From NCBI GenBank assembly GCA_944388695.1, contig CALXJT010000003.1, positions 1 to 63,802 of the forward strand: 63,802 nt of DNA, read 5' to 3'. Positions 29,871-40,813 of the stretch are shown one piece after another (the stretch's first letter is position 1; every line of letters begins with the position of its first letter). The notes under the pieces were generated by a model. It was not told where the DNA came from and ran no database searches. It saw only the letters and a list, made by a program, of their open reading frames with translations. Origin of the DNA: an uncultured Clostridia bacterium. GTDB lineage: Bacteria; Bacillota; Clostridia; TANB77; CAG-508. The position numbers and the translations under genes were made by a program.

Positions 29871-32478
29871 ATGAATTCTGAAAACAAAAATGATGTTAAT
29901 ATTGTTGATTTATATAGTAAAACTAATTCTTTAAGCATTCAAGACTTTATTAATGAATATTCTATTAATGAATCTGGTCTTTCTTCAGAAACTGCTCTTG
30001 AAAAGATTCATAAAGATGGTTTTAACGAATTAAAGCAGGCATCACCAAAGAAATGGTATCACTATTTTTTTAATAGTTTATTTAGTCCTTTTAATAGCAT
30101 TTTACTTGGGATAATTTTTATTCTTCTATATACGGATGTTATCTTACCTGAAACACCTAGTTATGCGAATATAATTGTAATTACTATATTGATTATAGCT
30201 AGTACTCTTTTAGATTTTTTTGAAGAATTTCGCTCTAATAAAGCTGCCGAAAAGTTAAAACAGCTTGTTGCTACTACTTGTAATGTTTTAAGAGATGGCA
30301 AAGAATTACTTTTACCTATTAGAGAAGTTGTTGTTGGGGATATTGTGAGTTTATCTGCTGGAAGTATGATTCCTGCTGATTTAAGAATTATATCTTCTAA
30401 AGATTTATATGTTGGTCAATCTGCTCTAACTGGTGAATCTGATAGTGTAAAAAAAGTTTCAAATTCAGAAAATTTAAATATTAATAATATATCTGATTTA
30501 GATACTATTTGTTTTATGGGTACTAATGTAATCTCTGGAAGTGCAAAAGGTGTAGTTATAAAAACAGGTGATGATACTTATTTTGGAAAAATTGCTCATA
30601 CTATTACTACTGGTAAACCTAAAACTGCTTTCCAAAAAGATATTGAAGCAATTAGTAAATTACTTATTCGTTTTATGGTTATAATGATTCCTGTTGTTTT
30701 TCTTTTGAATGTATGGAAACATGATATTGTTACGGCTTTCACCTTTGCTGTTGCAATTGCAATAACTATTACTCCCCTTTTATTACCTGTTATTCTTTCT
30801 TCTTGCATGTCAAAAGGTGCTGTTAGAATGTCTAAAAAGAAAACCATCGTTAAGAAATTGGATTCCATCCAAAATTTTGGAGCTATGAATATTTTATGTA
30901 CAGATAAAACTGGAACTCTAACAGAGGATAATATTGTTTTAGAAAAATATCTTGATATCTATGGTAATGAGGATTATAGAGTTTTAAAACATTCTTTTTT
31001 AAATGCTATTTTTCAAACAGGTCTAAAAGGTAATATTGATGAAGCTATTATTAAGCGTGGTTTGGAACATCATCTTGATGAGGTTTCTTCTAAATATCAT
31101 AAAATTGACGAAATTCCTTTTGACTTTTCTCGTAGGCGTCTTTCTGTTGTCGTAGAAGATGATAGAGGTAAAAAACAATTAATTACCAAAGGTGCTGTTG
31201 AGGAAATATTATCTATTTGTACAATGGCAGATGATAATGGTAAGGTTTTTGCTTTAACTAAAGAAATTGTTTCTAATATAAAAAATATAAGTAAAAAAAT
31301 GAATGAAGATGGTCTTCGTGTTGTTGCTGTATGTCAAAAAAACGATATTTCTGATATTTCAAATTTTTCTGTAAATGATGAAAAAAATATGATTCTTCTA
31401 GGATTTATTGGATTTTTAGATCCTCCAAAAGAAAGTGCAAAAATTTCTATTGAACGTTTAAATGAATCAGGAATACGTGTAATTGTTCTTACTGGAGATA
31501 ATTTAGAGATTACAAAATCTGTTTGTAATCGTGTTAATATAAATAGTGATAAGATAATTTTGGGTAGTCAGCTTGATAAGCTTTCTGACACTTCTATTTT
31601 ACGTTTATTAAAAAAGTATAATATTTTTGCTAAACTTTCTCCTATTCAAAAAGCCAGAATTGTTCGTTTATTAAAAGAAAGTCGGTAATATTGTTGGATA
31701 TATGGGAGATGGTATTAATGATAGTCCTTCTCTTACAAATTCTGATGTTGGAATATCTGTAGATACTGCAGTTGATATAGCGAAAGAAACTGCTGATATT
31801 ATATTATTAGAAAAAGATTTAAATGTTCTGTTAGAAGGTGTTACAGAAGGTCGTAAAACTTTTGCTAATTTAATGAAATATATAAAAATGGCAACAAGTT
31901 TTAATTTTGGTGAAGTTCTTTCTGTTATAGTTGGTAGTGTTGCACTTCCTTTTTTACCTGAAACTCCAATTCAATTATTAGTTGAAAGTTTATTGTATGA
32001 CTTTGGTCAAATGACACTACCTTTTGACAATGTTGATTCTGAAATAATCCAAAAACCTAAAAAATTTAGTATTCGTAGTTTGAAGGATTTTATGTTTTTT
32101 ATGGGACCATTAAGCTCCATTTTTGATTTAGTTGTATTTGCTGCACTATGGTTTATATTTGGTGTTAGAAAGGCTGCACTATTTCAAACTATTTGGTTTA
32201 GTTATAGTATTGTTTCTAATTTAGTTGGTATGCATATTATTCGTACCGCTAAAATACCATTTATTCAAAGTAATGCACATAAGGCTGTTTACTTTTCTTC
32301 TGTTTTACTTATAATTATTGGACTTATTGTTCCTTCTACACCACTTGGAGCTGTTATAGGTCTTGTCCCTATTGCTGGTAAGTATATTCTTTTGATATTT
32401 GCTGTTACTTTTATTTATTGTATTTTAGCTATGATTGCTAAAAAGATTTATATTAAAAAATATGGTGAATGGATTTAG
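29871..32478 (+). pseudogene. mgtA: magnesium-translocating P-type ATPase MgtA, reading frame broken (+1) at CGG-TAA (31683-31688)
   Basis: Part 1 (29871..31688) carries TGES, DKTGTLT and the N-domain. Part 2 continues in the +1 frame from 31684 as GNIVGYMGDGINDSPSL... The junction LLKES-G/R-NIVGYMGDGIND aligns without a gap to the conserved LK..G..VG.MGDGINDAPAL region. Confidence 0.85.
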
Positions 32479-32592
32479 ATAAGATATTTTACTTTAATAT
32501 TTTACTTTAATATTTTACTTGGATTTTACTTGAATATTTTTCTCTTCTATATTATACTATAATTATTAATATAATATTTATAGGGGATTTTT

Positions 32593-33168
32593 ATGGAAAA
32601 AAAATATAAATTAGAATATATACAGACTTTTGATATTTTAGATAATAAAATAACAAAAATAATATTATTTTTTATATGGTTAATTGTTGTGGTGTTTTTA
32701 ATTATAGTTTCAATATCATCACCTGATATTTCCTTTTTAATATTACTACTCGCATTTGCCTATAGTTGTATGTTTGGAATGATTCTGTTAATAATTTATC
32801 TTCCTCCTAGAAATAATAAAAATTATGAATACTTGAAAAATATAGGAGAAAAAGAAATTGCATATATTGTAGATGCAGGTTTTACTCGTCCTAATTCTTA
32901 TCCTCATTATAATACTTATAGAAGATTATTTTACATTACTCTTCTTCACGAAGGAAAACTTGTTAATATCTATAAATTAAAAGAAAATAATGCATTTCTT
33001 ATCTTAAGAGTAATATTAGACTCATATTCTTATCCAGTAGAAAAATCTCTAAAAATTCCTATCGAAATTTACCGCTATAAAAATAAATTATATGCTGATT
33101 TGGATAGTGTAGATTTGAGTAAACTACCTGGATATGAAAAAGCAAAAGAAATTGTAGAAAATCCATAA
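32593..33168 (+). CDS. hypothetical two-TM membrane protein (191 aa)
   Basis: ORF with GGGGA RBS-like sequence; two hydrophobic helices; no known domain. Confidence 0.45.
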   Translation: MEKKYKLEYIQTFDILDNKITKIILFFIWLIVVVFLIIVSISSPDISFLILLLAFAYSCMFGMILLIIYLPPRNNKNYEYLKNIGEKEIAYIVDAGFTRPNSYPHYNTYRRLFYITLLHEGKLVNIYKLKENNAFLILRVILDSYSYPVEKSLKIPIEIYRYKNKLYADLDSVDLSKLPGYEKAKEIVENP

Positions 33169-33234
33169 AAATATATAAAAATGATATACATTCAAAATAA
33201 TATGTATATCATCTTTTATATATTAAAATATATT

Positions 33235-33606
33235 TTAGATTACTTCTCCGTAATTTTCTAACATATATTTATAAATATCATCAATATATAATGCTAAAAA
33301 TTCTAAATCATCCATATGTATTCCAACATTATTCGATAATTTATATTCTTGATGTATATTTACCATTTTACTTAATAAATTTCTTTCTTTTTCCCAATAT
33401 ATTTTCTCTATTAATTCAGGTTCAGAATCTTCTATATTAATCTTTAGATATTTATTTATAAAATTGTGGTTTAGAATATCTATTATCCCTTTAAGTTCAT
33501 TATAGGCTTCTTCATAATTATCTTTTTCTATTAATTTATTTATTTCTTCTATTTTTTTCTTTAAAATTTTATTTGTAGTTAAATTTTTTACATTTTCTAA
33601 TTCCAT
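33235..33606 (-). CDS. hypothetical protein (123 aa)
   Basis: Start placed at ATG 33604-33606, behind AAAGGAAG; helical, unknown family. Confidence 0.4.
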   Translation of the reverse strand: MELENVKNLTTNKILKKKIEEINKLIEKDNYEEAYNELKGIIDILNHNFINKYLKINIEDSEPELIEKIYWEKERNLLSKMVNIHQEYKLSNNVGIHMDDLEFLALYIDDIYKYMLENYGEVI

Positions 33607-33759
33607 ATGATACTTCCTTTTTATTATTAATTGCATAATGGGGCTTTCTATGATTTTATGCTATAAGAATTTTTTAGTTTATTAATTTCTCTATATGTAT
33701 CTTATCATAAATATTTTTTTATTTCTATACTTTCTAAAATATTTTGTGATAAATGAATA

Positions 33760-34026
33760 TTAAAGCAAAAAATCTATATCTTTATGTGCGTAAGTTCCAC
33801 CATATCTTCCTGTTTTTGCAACTATTCCAATTGCATTTGTTTTATTTGACCATTCTTTAACACTTATTTTGTAACTATTTAAACCTGCTTGACTTTTAAT
33901 TATGGCGAATTCGCCATAATTAAAATTAGGATTATGCAATTCTTCCCATATTCCTAAAAATTCAATTGTATTTCTATTTCTTAACCAATCTGAAATAAAG
34001 AATTCACCGTCCTTTGATTTTAGCAT
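33760..34026 (-). pseudogene. KilA-N domain protein fragment
   Basis: ...NTIEFLGIWEELHNPNFN...GRYGGTYAHKDIDFLL-stop resembles a KilA-N DNA-binding domain truncated at its C-terminus. The frame is open upstream (..VLDTRINYYNEGNEDYISLTD) but has no start codon. Confidence 0.45.
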
Positions 34027-34367
34027 ATCTGTTAAAGATATATAATCTTCATTACCTTCGTTATAATAGTTTATTCTTGTATCTAAGACTTCGAAATTTT
34101 CACACTATCACATCCTTTTTCTAATTTTATCAAACATATGTTTTATTGTCAATAGAATATTTTTCTTTTTTATAAAAATAAAGCATATGATCACAAATCA
34201 TCATATACTTTATTTTCTTTCTTAACTTCTATTTCAAAATTTTTAATCGTCAAAGCCCACTTAACATTAAATTTTCTACTATTTATAATATTTTTCATTT
34301 GGTCTTTGTGTTTTGTGGAGAAATTTTCAAAATGTTCTTTCTCATTACCACAAAATCTTCTGCCTAT

Positions 34368-36198
34368 TTATTCTTCAACTTCTTCGAATTGGCTATTATA
34401 TAAATCTGCATAGAATCCATTTTTTGCAAGTAATTCTTCGTGTGTTCCTTGTTCTACTATATCTCCATGGTTCATAACTAAAATTAAATCTGCATTTTTT
34501 ATTGTTGACAATCTATGTGCAATAATAAAACTTGTTCTTCCTTTCATTAAATTATCCATGGCTGATTGAATTTGAATCTCTGTTCTTGTATCTATTGAGC
34601 TAGTTGCTTCATCTAGTATTAATATTTTTGGATCTGCTAATATAACCCTTGCTATAGTTAATAATTGTTTTTGTCCTGCAGATATATTTGTTGATTCTTC
34701 ATTTATTAATGAATTATATCCATTTGGTAGAGTTTTTATAAAGTGATGAACATGTGCTGCTTTTGCCGCTTTTATTACTTCATCATCTGTTGCATCTTCT
34801 TTACCATATTTTATATTATCTTTTACAGTTCCACCAAATAACCATGTATCTTGTAGAACCATTCCGAACATTTTACGTAATTCTCCTCTTTCAAAGTCTT
34901 TGACATTATGTCCGTCTACATCTATTTCTCCACTTGTTACATCATAGAATCTCATTAGAAGTTTAACCATTGTTGTCTTTCCTGCTCCTGTTGGTCCTAC
35001 TATTGCGATTTTTTGTCCTTCTTTTACTTTTGCATTAAAGTCATTTATTATTGTTCTTTCTGGGTCATATCCAAATTTTACATGTTTGAATTCTACGTTT
35101 CCTTCTAATTTTGATGTATCTATATTTCCTTTTGAAGTATCAACTTCTTCTGGTTCTTCCAAGAATTCAAATATTCTTTCTGCTGCTGCAACCATTGATT
35201 GTAACATACTAGAAATTTGAGCTATTTGATTTATTGGCCCGAGTAAATTGTTTATTATATTGTATAAAACTTTGTATATTACCTACTGTAATTGTTCCAT
35301 TTATTGCAAGATATCCTCCTGCTACTGCAACTCCTACATATCCTATATTAGATATGAAATTCATTACTGGATGCATTAGTCCAGATAGAAATTGTGATCT
35401 CCATGCAGAACGATATAATTCTTTATTTGCTTTTTCAAATTCTTTTGTTACTTTTTCTTCACCATTAAATACTTTTACTATATTTAAACCACTATATATT
35501 TCTTCTACTTGACCATTTACATGACCTAAATAGTCTTGTTGTCTTTGGAAATATTTTTGTGATCTTCCTACAATTATTTTTACAAATACTGCTGCAACAG
35601 GAAGAATAACTAATGATATCAATGTCATTTGCCAGCTGATTGAAAACATCATTACTAATATTCCTATTATTGTACATATTGATGTTATTATTTGTGTAAT
35701 ACTTTGATTTAAGTTCATACTTAATGTGTCTATATCATTTGTTATTACAGATAATACTTCTCCATTTGTCCTTTTGTCAAAATAATTCATTGGTAATTTA
35801 TTTATTTTTGCTGCGATGTCATTTCTTAATTTATATGTTATTTTCTGTGATACTCCTGTCATTGTAAATCCTTGTATGAATGAAAATAATGCACTTATTA
35901 AATATAATACTAGTAGAGTTATCGCTATTTGACCAACCTTACCAAAATCTATACCTGCTCCTCCAGATATTTTACTTACAATTCCATTAAAAATTTCTGT
36001 TGTAGCATTTCCTAAAATTTTTGGTCCTACTATTGTAAATATAGTGCTTCCTACTGCAAATAATATTACTACAATTATTGCTATTTTATATTTTGATAAA
36101 TAACCATTTATTAATTTTTTTGTTGTTTTCTTAAAATCTTTTGGCTTTTCAGTAGTCCCTTGGCCTCTTCCCATTGAACCTCTCATCATTCCTGGCAT
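34368..36198 (-). pseudogene. ABC exporter permease/ATPase subunit (type I exporter half-transporter), frame broken (+1) at CGG (35239-35241)
   Basis: The 329-aa TMD ORF ends ...FIQYNKQFTR-ANKSNSSNF-stop. The +1 frame reads ...G/R-PINQIAQISSMLQSMVAAAERIFEFL and runs into the NBD (GPTGAGKTT, LSAGQKQ, ILILDEATS). Removing one nucleotide restores the canonical TMD-NBD junction. Confidence 0.85.
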
Positions 36199-36200
36199 TT

Positions 36201-38330
36201 TTATTCCTCCTTTCCTTTTTGATTTTGATTTAATTCTTCTTCTGATAGTTGTGATAATGCAATTTGACGATATGTCTCATTATTTTTCATCAATTCTTCA
36301 TGTGTTCCTATTCCTACCATTTTTCCTTCATCTAATACTATTATTTGATCTGCATTTAATATTGTACTAATTCTTTGTGCAACTATAATTACAGTTTTAT
36401 TTTCTGTTTTTTCAGCTAAAGCTTCTCTTAATTCACTATCTGTTTTAAAATCTAATGCTGAGAAACTATCATCAAATACGAATATTTCTGGGTCTTTTGC
36501 AATTGCTCTTGCTATTGATAGACGTTGTTTTTGACCTCCTGATACATTTCCTCCACCTTGAGCTATTGGGTCTTGATATTTCTTTTCTTTTGTTTCAATA
36601 AATTCTGTAGCTTGAGCTATTTCTGCTGCTTTTTTCATCTGCTCATCTGACATATTATCATCAGAATATTTAATGTTTGACTCTATTGTTCCAGAGAATA
36701 GTACACCTTTTTGTGGTACAAATCCTATAATATCTCTTAAATCTTTTTGTGATACATCTTTTACATTAACTCCATCTATGCATAATTCTCCACCTGTAAC
36801 ATCATAAAATCTTGGAATTAGATTTACCACTGTAGATTTACCACTTCCTGTACTACCTATTATTGCTGTTGTTTCTCCTGGTTTTGCTGTAAAGCTTATA
36901 TCTTCTAGTATTTCAGTATCAGCATCTGGATATCTGAAAGATACATCTTTAAATTCAACTAATCCTTTTTTATTTGGATCAAATTTCTTTAATTCTTTTT
37001 TATCTTTTATACTTGGCTCTTTGTCAATAACTTCATTAATACGTCTTGCAGAAACTGCTGCTCTTGGTAACATTATTGAAATCATTGAAATCATTAAGAA
37101 TGCCATAACTATTTGCATTGTATATTGTATGAATGCCATCATATCTCCTACTTGCATTGTTCCTTGGTCAACATTGTGACCTCCTACCCATACAATTAAT
37201 ACCATTATAGAGTTCATTACAAACATTAGAAGTGGCATCATCATTGACATTGCTCTATTTACAAAAACATTTGTCTTCATTAAATCTTTATTAGCTGAAT
37301 CGAATCTGCCTTCTTCTTTTTTCTCTTTATGGAATGCTCTAATAACTGGGATACCAGTTAATATTTCTCTTGATACTTCATTTAATTTATCTATTAAATC
37401 TTGTAATTTTTTAAATCTAGGCATTGCTATTGCAAATAAAGTACCTACTATAAATAATATTGCAAGTATTGCTATACCAATAATCCAAGCCATTGAATTA
37501 TCTGTACTTGTTAATACTTTTACAAATCCTCCTATACCTATTATTGGTGCATATACAACAACCCTGAATAATAATGTAATTAATTGTTGTATTTGTTGTA
37601 TGTCATTTGTGCTACGCGTAATTAATGATGCTGTTGAAAATTCTGTTAGTTCTGCATTTGAAAATGTTAATACTTTTTTGAACACTTTGTCTCTCAATGT
37701 TTTTCCTAATTTTGCAGCTACTCTTGATGATAAGAACATAATAGAAACTGCTGAAACCATACTAACTAATGCAACTCCTAACATTTGTAATCCTGACATC
37801 AAAATATAGTCATTTTGTAATTTATCTGTATCTACCCCTGCATTTTGATAAATTGTTTTTACTGCTGAAACTGCTGCTTGGTCTTCTATAGAATCTGCCA
37901 TTTCATCAACTTGCTCACTTACTGCTGTCATTTCTAAAATTGGCACTACCATTTTATCTTCCAATTGTGCTCTTTCCTCATCTTTTAAATCTTTTAGCAC
38001 ATATAGCGAATTTTCGGCAACTGATTTATCTTCTCCAATGTATTTATTAATTGTTTTTTGTTGTGATTTTGTTTTTTCATTACCTACTAATTCATAATTA
38101 TCCATTATTTCATCGGGATTATCTGTAAATATCAATAATTTATCCATATCCTCCTTTGAAATAACTTCTGGAACACTACTTACAATTCCTCCTGCTTGTA
38201 TTCCCTCATTTACTATTTTAGAAGTATAATCTGGTAACGCTAAATCTGCTGCTGCTTGAATACATAGTAGTATTATTATTGCTAATACTGCTCCCATTGA
38301 TTTTTTTAGATTTTTTAATACTTTTAGCAT
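36201..38330 (-). CDS. ABC exporter permease/ATPase subunit with enlarged first extracytoplasmic loop
   Basis: Six-TM exporter domain plus NBD (GSTGSGKST, VSGGQKQR, IFVFDDSFS). About 130 extra residues between TM1 and TM2. Abuts the partner gene. Confidence 0.9.
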   Translation of the reverse strand: MLKVLKNLKKSMGAVLAIIILLCIQAAADLALPDYTSKIVNEGIQAGGIVSSVPEVISKEDMDKLLIFTDNPDEIMDNYELVGNEKTKSQQKTINKYIGEDKSVAENSLYVLKDLKDEERAQLEDKMVVPILEMTAVSEQVDEMADSIEDQAAVSAVKTIYQNAGVDTDKLQNDYILMSGLQMLGVALVSMVSAVSIMFLSSRVAAKLGKTLRDKVFKKVLTFSNAELTEFSTASLITRSTNDIQQIQQLITLLFRVVVYAPIIGIGGFVKVLTSTDNSMAWIIGIAILAILFIVGTLFAIAMPRFKKLQDLIDKLNEVSREILTGIPVIRAFHKEKKEEGRFDSANKDLMKTNVFVNRAMSMMMPLLMFVMNSIMVLIVWVGGHNVDQGTMQVGDMMAFIQYTMQIVMAFLMISMISIMLPRAAVSARRINEVIDKEPSIKDKKELKKFDPNKKGLVEFKDVSFRYPDADTEILEDISFTAKPGETTAIIGSTGSGKSTVVNLIPRFYDVTGGELCIDGVNVKDVSQKDLRDIIGFVPQKGVLFSGTIESNIKYSDDNMSDEQMKKAAEIAQATEFIETKEKKYQDPIAQGGGNVSGGQKQRLSIARAIAKDPEIFVFDDSFSALDFKTDSELREALAEKTENKTVIIVAQRISTILNADQIIVLDEGKMVGIGTHEELMKNNETYRQIALSQLSEEELNQNQKGKEE

Positions 38331-38388
38331 TTTTCTTCTCCTTTCCTAGTTTATTTTATTATACCCAAATGGTATGTTTTTAACGTTA

Positions 38389-38432
38389 AATGACACCATA
38401 TCATTATACATGACATGGTGTCATTCCGTCAA
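38389..38432 (-). promoter_or_regulatory. promoter of the ABC exporter operon overlapped by an 11-bp perfect inverted repeat (candidate operator)
   Basis: Minus strand: TTGACG (rc of 38427-38432), 18 nt, TATAAT (rc of 38403-38408). AATGACACCAT (38389-38399) and ATGGTGTCATT (38415-38425) flank the -10 box. Confidence 0.5.
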
Positions 38433-38635
38433 TTGATTTTTGTGAATTCTTTGTGAATTTTAACTTGTTCAATTTTATCTTTATAATAAATATTATTATT
38501 ATATATTTTAATTCTAACATTTTCAAATTGACAATCTTCCCTTTATATTTTTTATAATTAAATTTAAATAATTAAATTTAATTATTTATATTTTAGATAG
38601 TTATGTTTTACATTAAAATTAATTTCCATAAGAAA

Positions 38636-39295
38636 TTACATTTTTCTGAATACTCCTGCGACTTTTCCTAAAATTTCACAGTTTGGAACTATTATTGGGT
38701 CCATTGTACTATTTTCTGGTTGTAATCTAATATGATCTTTTTCCTTATAAAAAGTTTTAACTGTAGCTTCATCTTCGATTAATGCTACTACTATTTCTCC
38801 ATTTTCTGCTGTATTTTGTCTTTTTACTAAAATATAATCTCCATCTAAAATTCCAGCTTCTATCATGCTTTCTCCTCTAACTGTAAGCATAAAGCAATCT
38901 GAATTTCCTACAAAATCTATTGGAATTGGAAATGTATCTGTTATATTTTCAACTGCTAATATTGGAGCTCCTGCTGTTATTTTTCCAACCACTGGAACTT
39001 CTACTAATTCTTTTTGTGTATAAAAATCTTTACTTGATGTTTTCTTCTCTTCTCCTGAAACACCTTTTAATAATCTTAATGTTCTACCTTTTTTATCTTT
39101 CTTTTTTATGTATCCCTTTTCTTCTAATTTTGCTAAATACCCATGGACTGTTGCTGTAGAACTTAAACCAACTGCTTTTCCTATTTCTCTTACTGATGGT
39201 GGATAACCATCTGTCATTATTTGTCTTTCAATAAATCTTAATATTGTTTTCTCTCTTTGATTTAAATCTAATTTCTTTTTTGGCACTTCTACCAC
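38636..39295 (-). CDS. lexA: LexA repressor
   Basis: Winged-helix region [34 protein letters not shown]. Cleavage and S24 peptidase region ...[12 protein letters not shown]...GESMIEAGI...GDYILVKRQ... Confidence 0.95.
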   Translation of the reverse strand: MVEVPKKKLDLNQREKTILRFIERQIMTDGYPPSVREIGKAVGLSSTATVHGYLAKLEEKGYIKKKDKKGRTLRLLKGVSGEEKKTSSKDFYTQKELVEVPVVGKITAGAPILAVENITDTFPIPIDFVGNSDCFMLTVRGESMIEAGILDGDYILVKRQNTAENGEIVVALIEDEATVKTFYKEKDHIRLQPENSTMDPIIVPNCEILGKVAGVFRKM

Positions 39296-39544
39296 TCCAT
39301 TTCTCGTTTTTTCTTATATTATCATACAAACAAAAAAATGTCAAACATATTTTTGATTTTTTTCAAAAATTATTATTATCAATACTCTCTCCTGCTTTAA
39401 AATTAGATGGTAGAATTATTACAAAAAAATTCTATGCAAATTCCATTATTTCTTCCTTTATCCTTTCTCTATCCCAATCACATATCCAGAAAAAATAATT
39501 AAACACTTAAATTTTGCATAGAATATTTTAAAATCTTTTAACTA

Positions 39545-40492
39545 TTATTTTAAATAAATAGTAGGGTCAACTGAAACTGAATCTTTCAATATCTCAAAAT
39601 GAAGATGTGGCTCATCTGCAATTTCAAATGCTGCTGTATTTCCAACAGTTCCTAAAGATTGTCCTTTTTCCACTTTTTCACCTTCCACCACAAATTCAGA
39701 TGTCAACAAATTAGAATATATTGTTTGGAATCCATCTGAATGTTCAATCACAATTGTCAAACCATATCTAGGGTCATTCTTTATCGTTTTTACTGTTCCT
39801 GCTTCTGCAGCCTTTACAACTGTTGTTTTATCTGCCTTTATATCAATCCCCGTATGAGTAGTCCATTCCTCTAAAGTTTGAGAATAAATCAAATTATCTT
39901 TTGCAAATTCTCTCATAATCTCTCCCTCTACAGGTTTACTAAAACTCAATTCTTGACTTTTTTCCTCATTGGCATTACTTTCTTTTTTATCGCCATCAGA
40001 AGTTGTATTTGAATTTACATTTGAAACAGTATCTTTATTACTACTATTATTTACTGAATTACTAGTACTATTTACAGTATTATTTGTAGTAACATTCGTA
40101 CTATTTGTAATAGAATTTGTTTGTATAGAATTACTTGTATTTGTATTTGCATTTGTATTTGTAGTATTATTCATCATATTACTTGAATTCGTATTTAAAC
40201 TATTACTTTGCAAATCATTACTAGCTTCATTAACTGTTCTTCCAATTTCCGTACTTACTGATTCAGAATCGCTCTCCAATAAATTTGCAATCTGTTCACT
40301 ACTCAAACTTTCACTTCTTACCTTATCATTTAAATTCTTACTATATATTAACAACCCAAGAACAACAACAGCTAAAACGCCAACCCCTATACTTGCATAC
40401 TTAATAATCTTTACTGTAACATCATCATTTACAGACTTTCTAATTCTTCTTCCTCTCATAAAATCCTCCTTATCAATTAATACTATTACCAT
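39545..40492 (-). CDS. spoIIQ: membrane-anchored M23/LytM-domain protein, SpoIIQ-like
   Basis: N-terminal TM, Asn/Ser/Thr-rich linker, and a C-terminal LytM domain with HTGIDI and HLHFEI motifs. It sits next to spoIID, as in some Clostridia. The assignment is by architecture and context only. Confidence 0.55.
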   Translation of the reverse strand: MVIVLIDKEDFMRGRRIRKSVNDDVTVKIIKYASIGVGVLAVVVLGLLIYSKNLNDKVRSESLSSEQIANLLESDSESVSTEIGRTVNEASNDLQSNSLNTNSSNMMNNTTNTNANTNTSNSIQTNSITNSTNVTTNNTVNSTSNSVNNSSNKDTVSNVNSNTTSDGDKKESNANEEKSQELSFSKPVEGEIMREFAKDNLIYSQTLEEWTTHTGIDIKADKTTVVKAAEAGTVKTIKNDPRYGLTIVIEHSDGFQTIYSNLLTSEFVVEGEKVEKGQSLGTVGNTAAFEIADEPHLHFEILKDSVSVDPTIYLK

Positions 40493-40580
40493 TATTTCCT
40501 CTTTATAGAAAATTATTCATTACAAGAAAAATTTTTAGAGAATTTATCATCTATTCACAATTACATTTTGAAACCCGTAG

Positions 40581-40800
40581 AGCCGCTTGAACTTGGGGGT
40601 AATATATTATTTTTTATATGAATGTGTGAATGGAATAGTTTTAGACATTCTTTGCGGAATTTTCGGAAAATGTTCGTGTAATTCTCTTTCCAAGAGAATT
40701 AGCACAAGAAAGGGTGCCAAAAATTTCGCATAGAATGTCTTAAACTATGAAATGAGCCATTCATATAAAAAATAATATATTACCCCAAGTTCAAGCGGCT
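40581..40800. repeat. 220-bp near-perfect palindrome (44-bp terminal inverted repeats plus a partly self-complementary interior)
   Basis: AGCCGCTTGAACTTGGGGGTAATATATTATTTTTTATATGAATG (40581-40624) versus its reverse complement at 40758-40800 (one G fewer). Inner arms GTTTTAGACATTCTTTGCGGAATTTT / AAAATTTCGCATAGAATGTCTTAAAC. Centre GTGTAATTCTCTT-TCCA-AGAGAATTAGCAC. Confidence 0.85.
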
Positions 40801-40813
40801 AAATTCAAATCTA

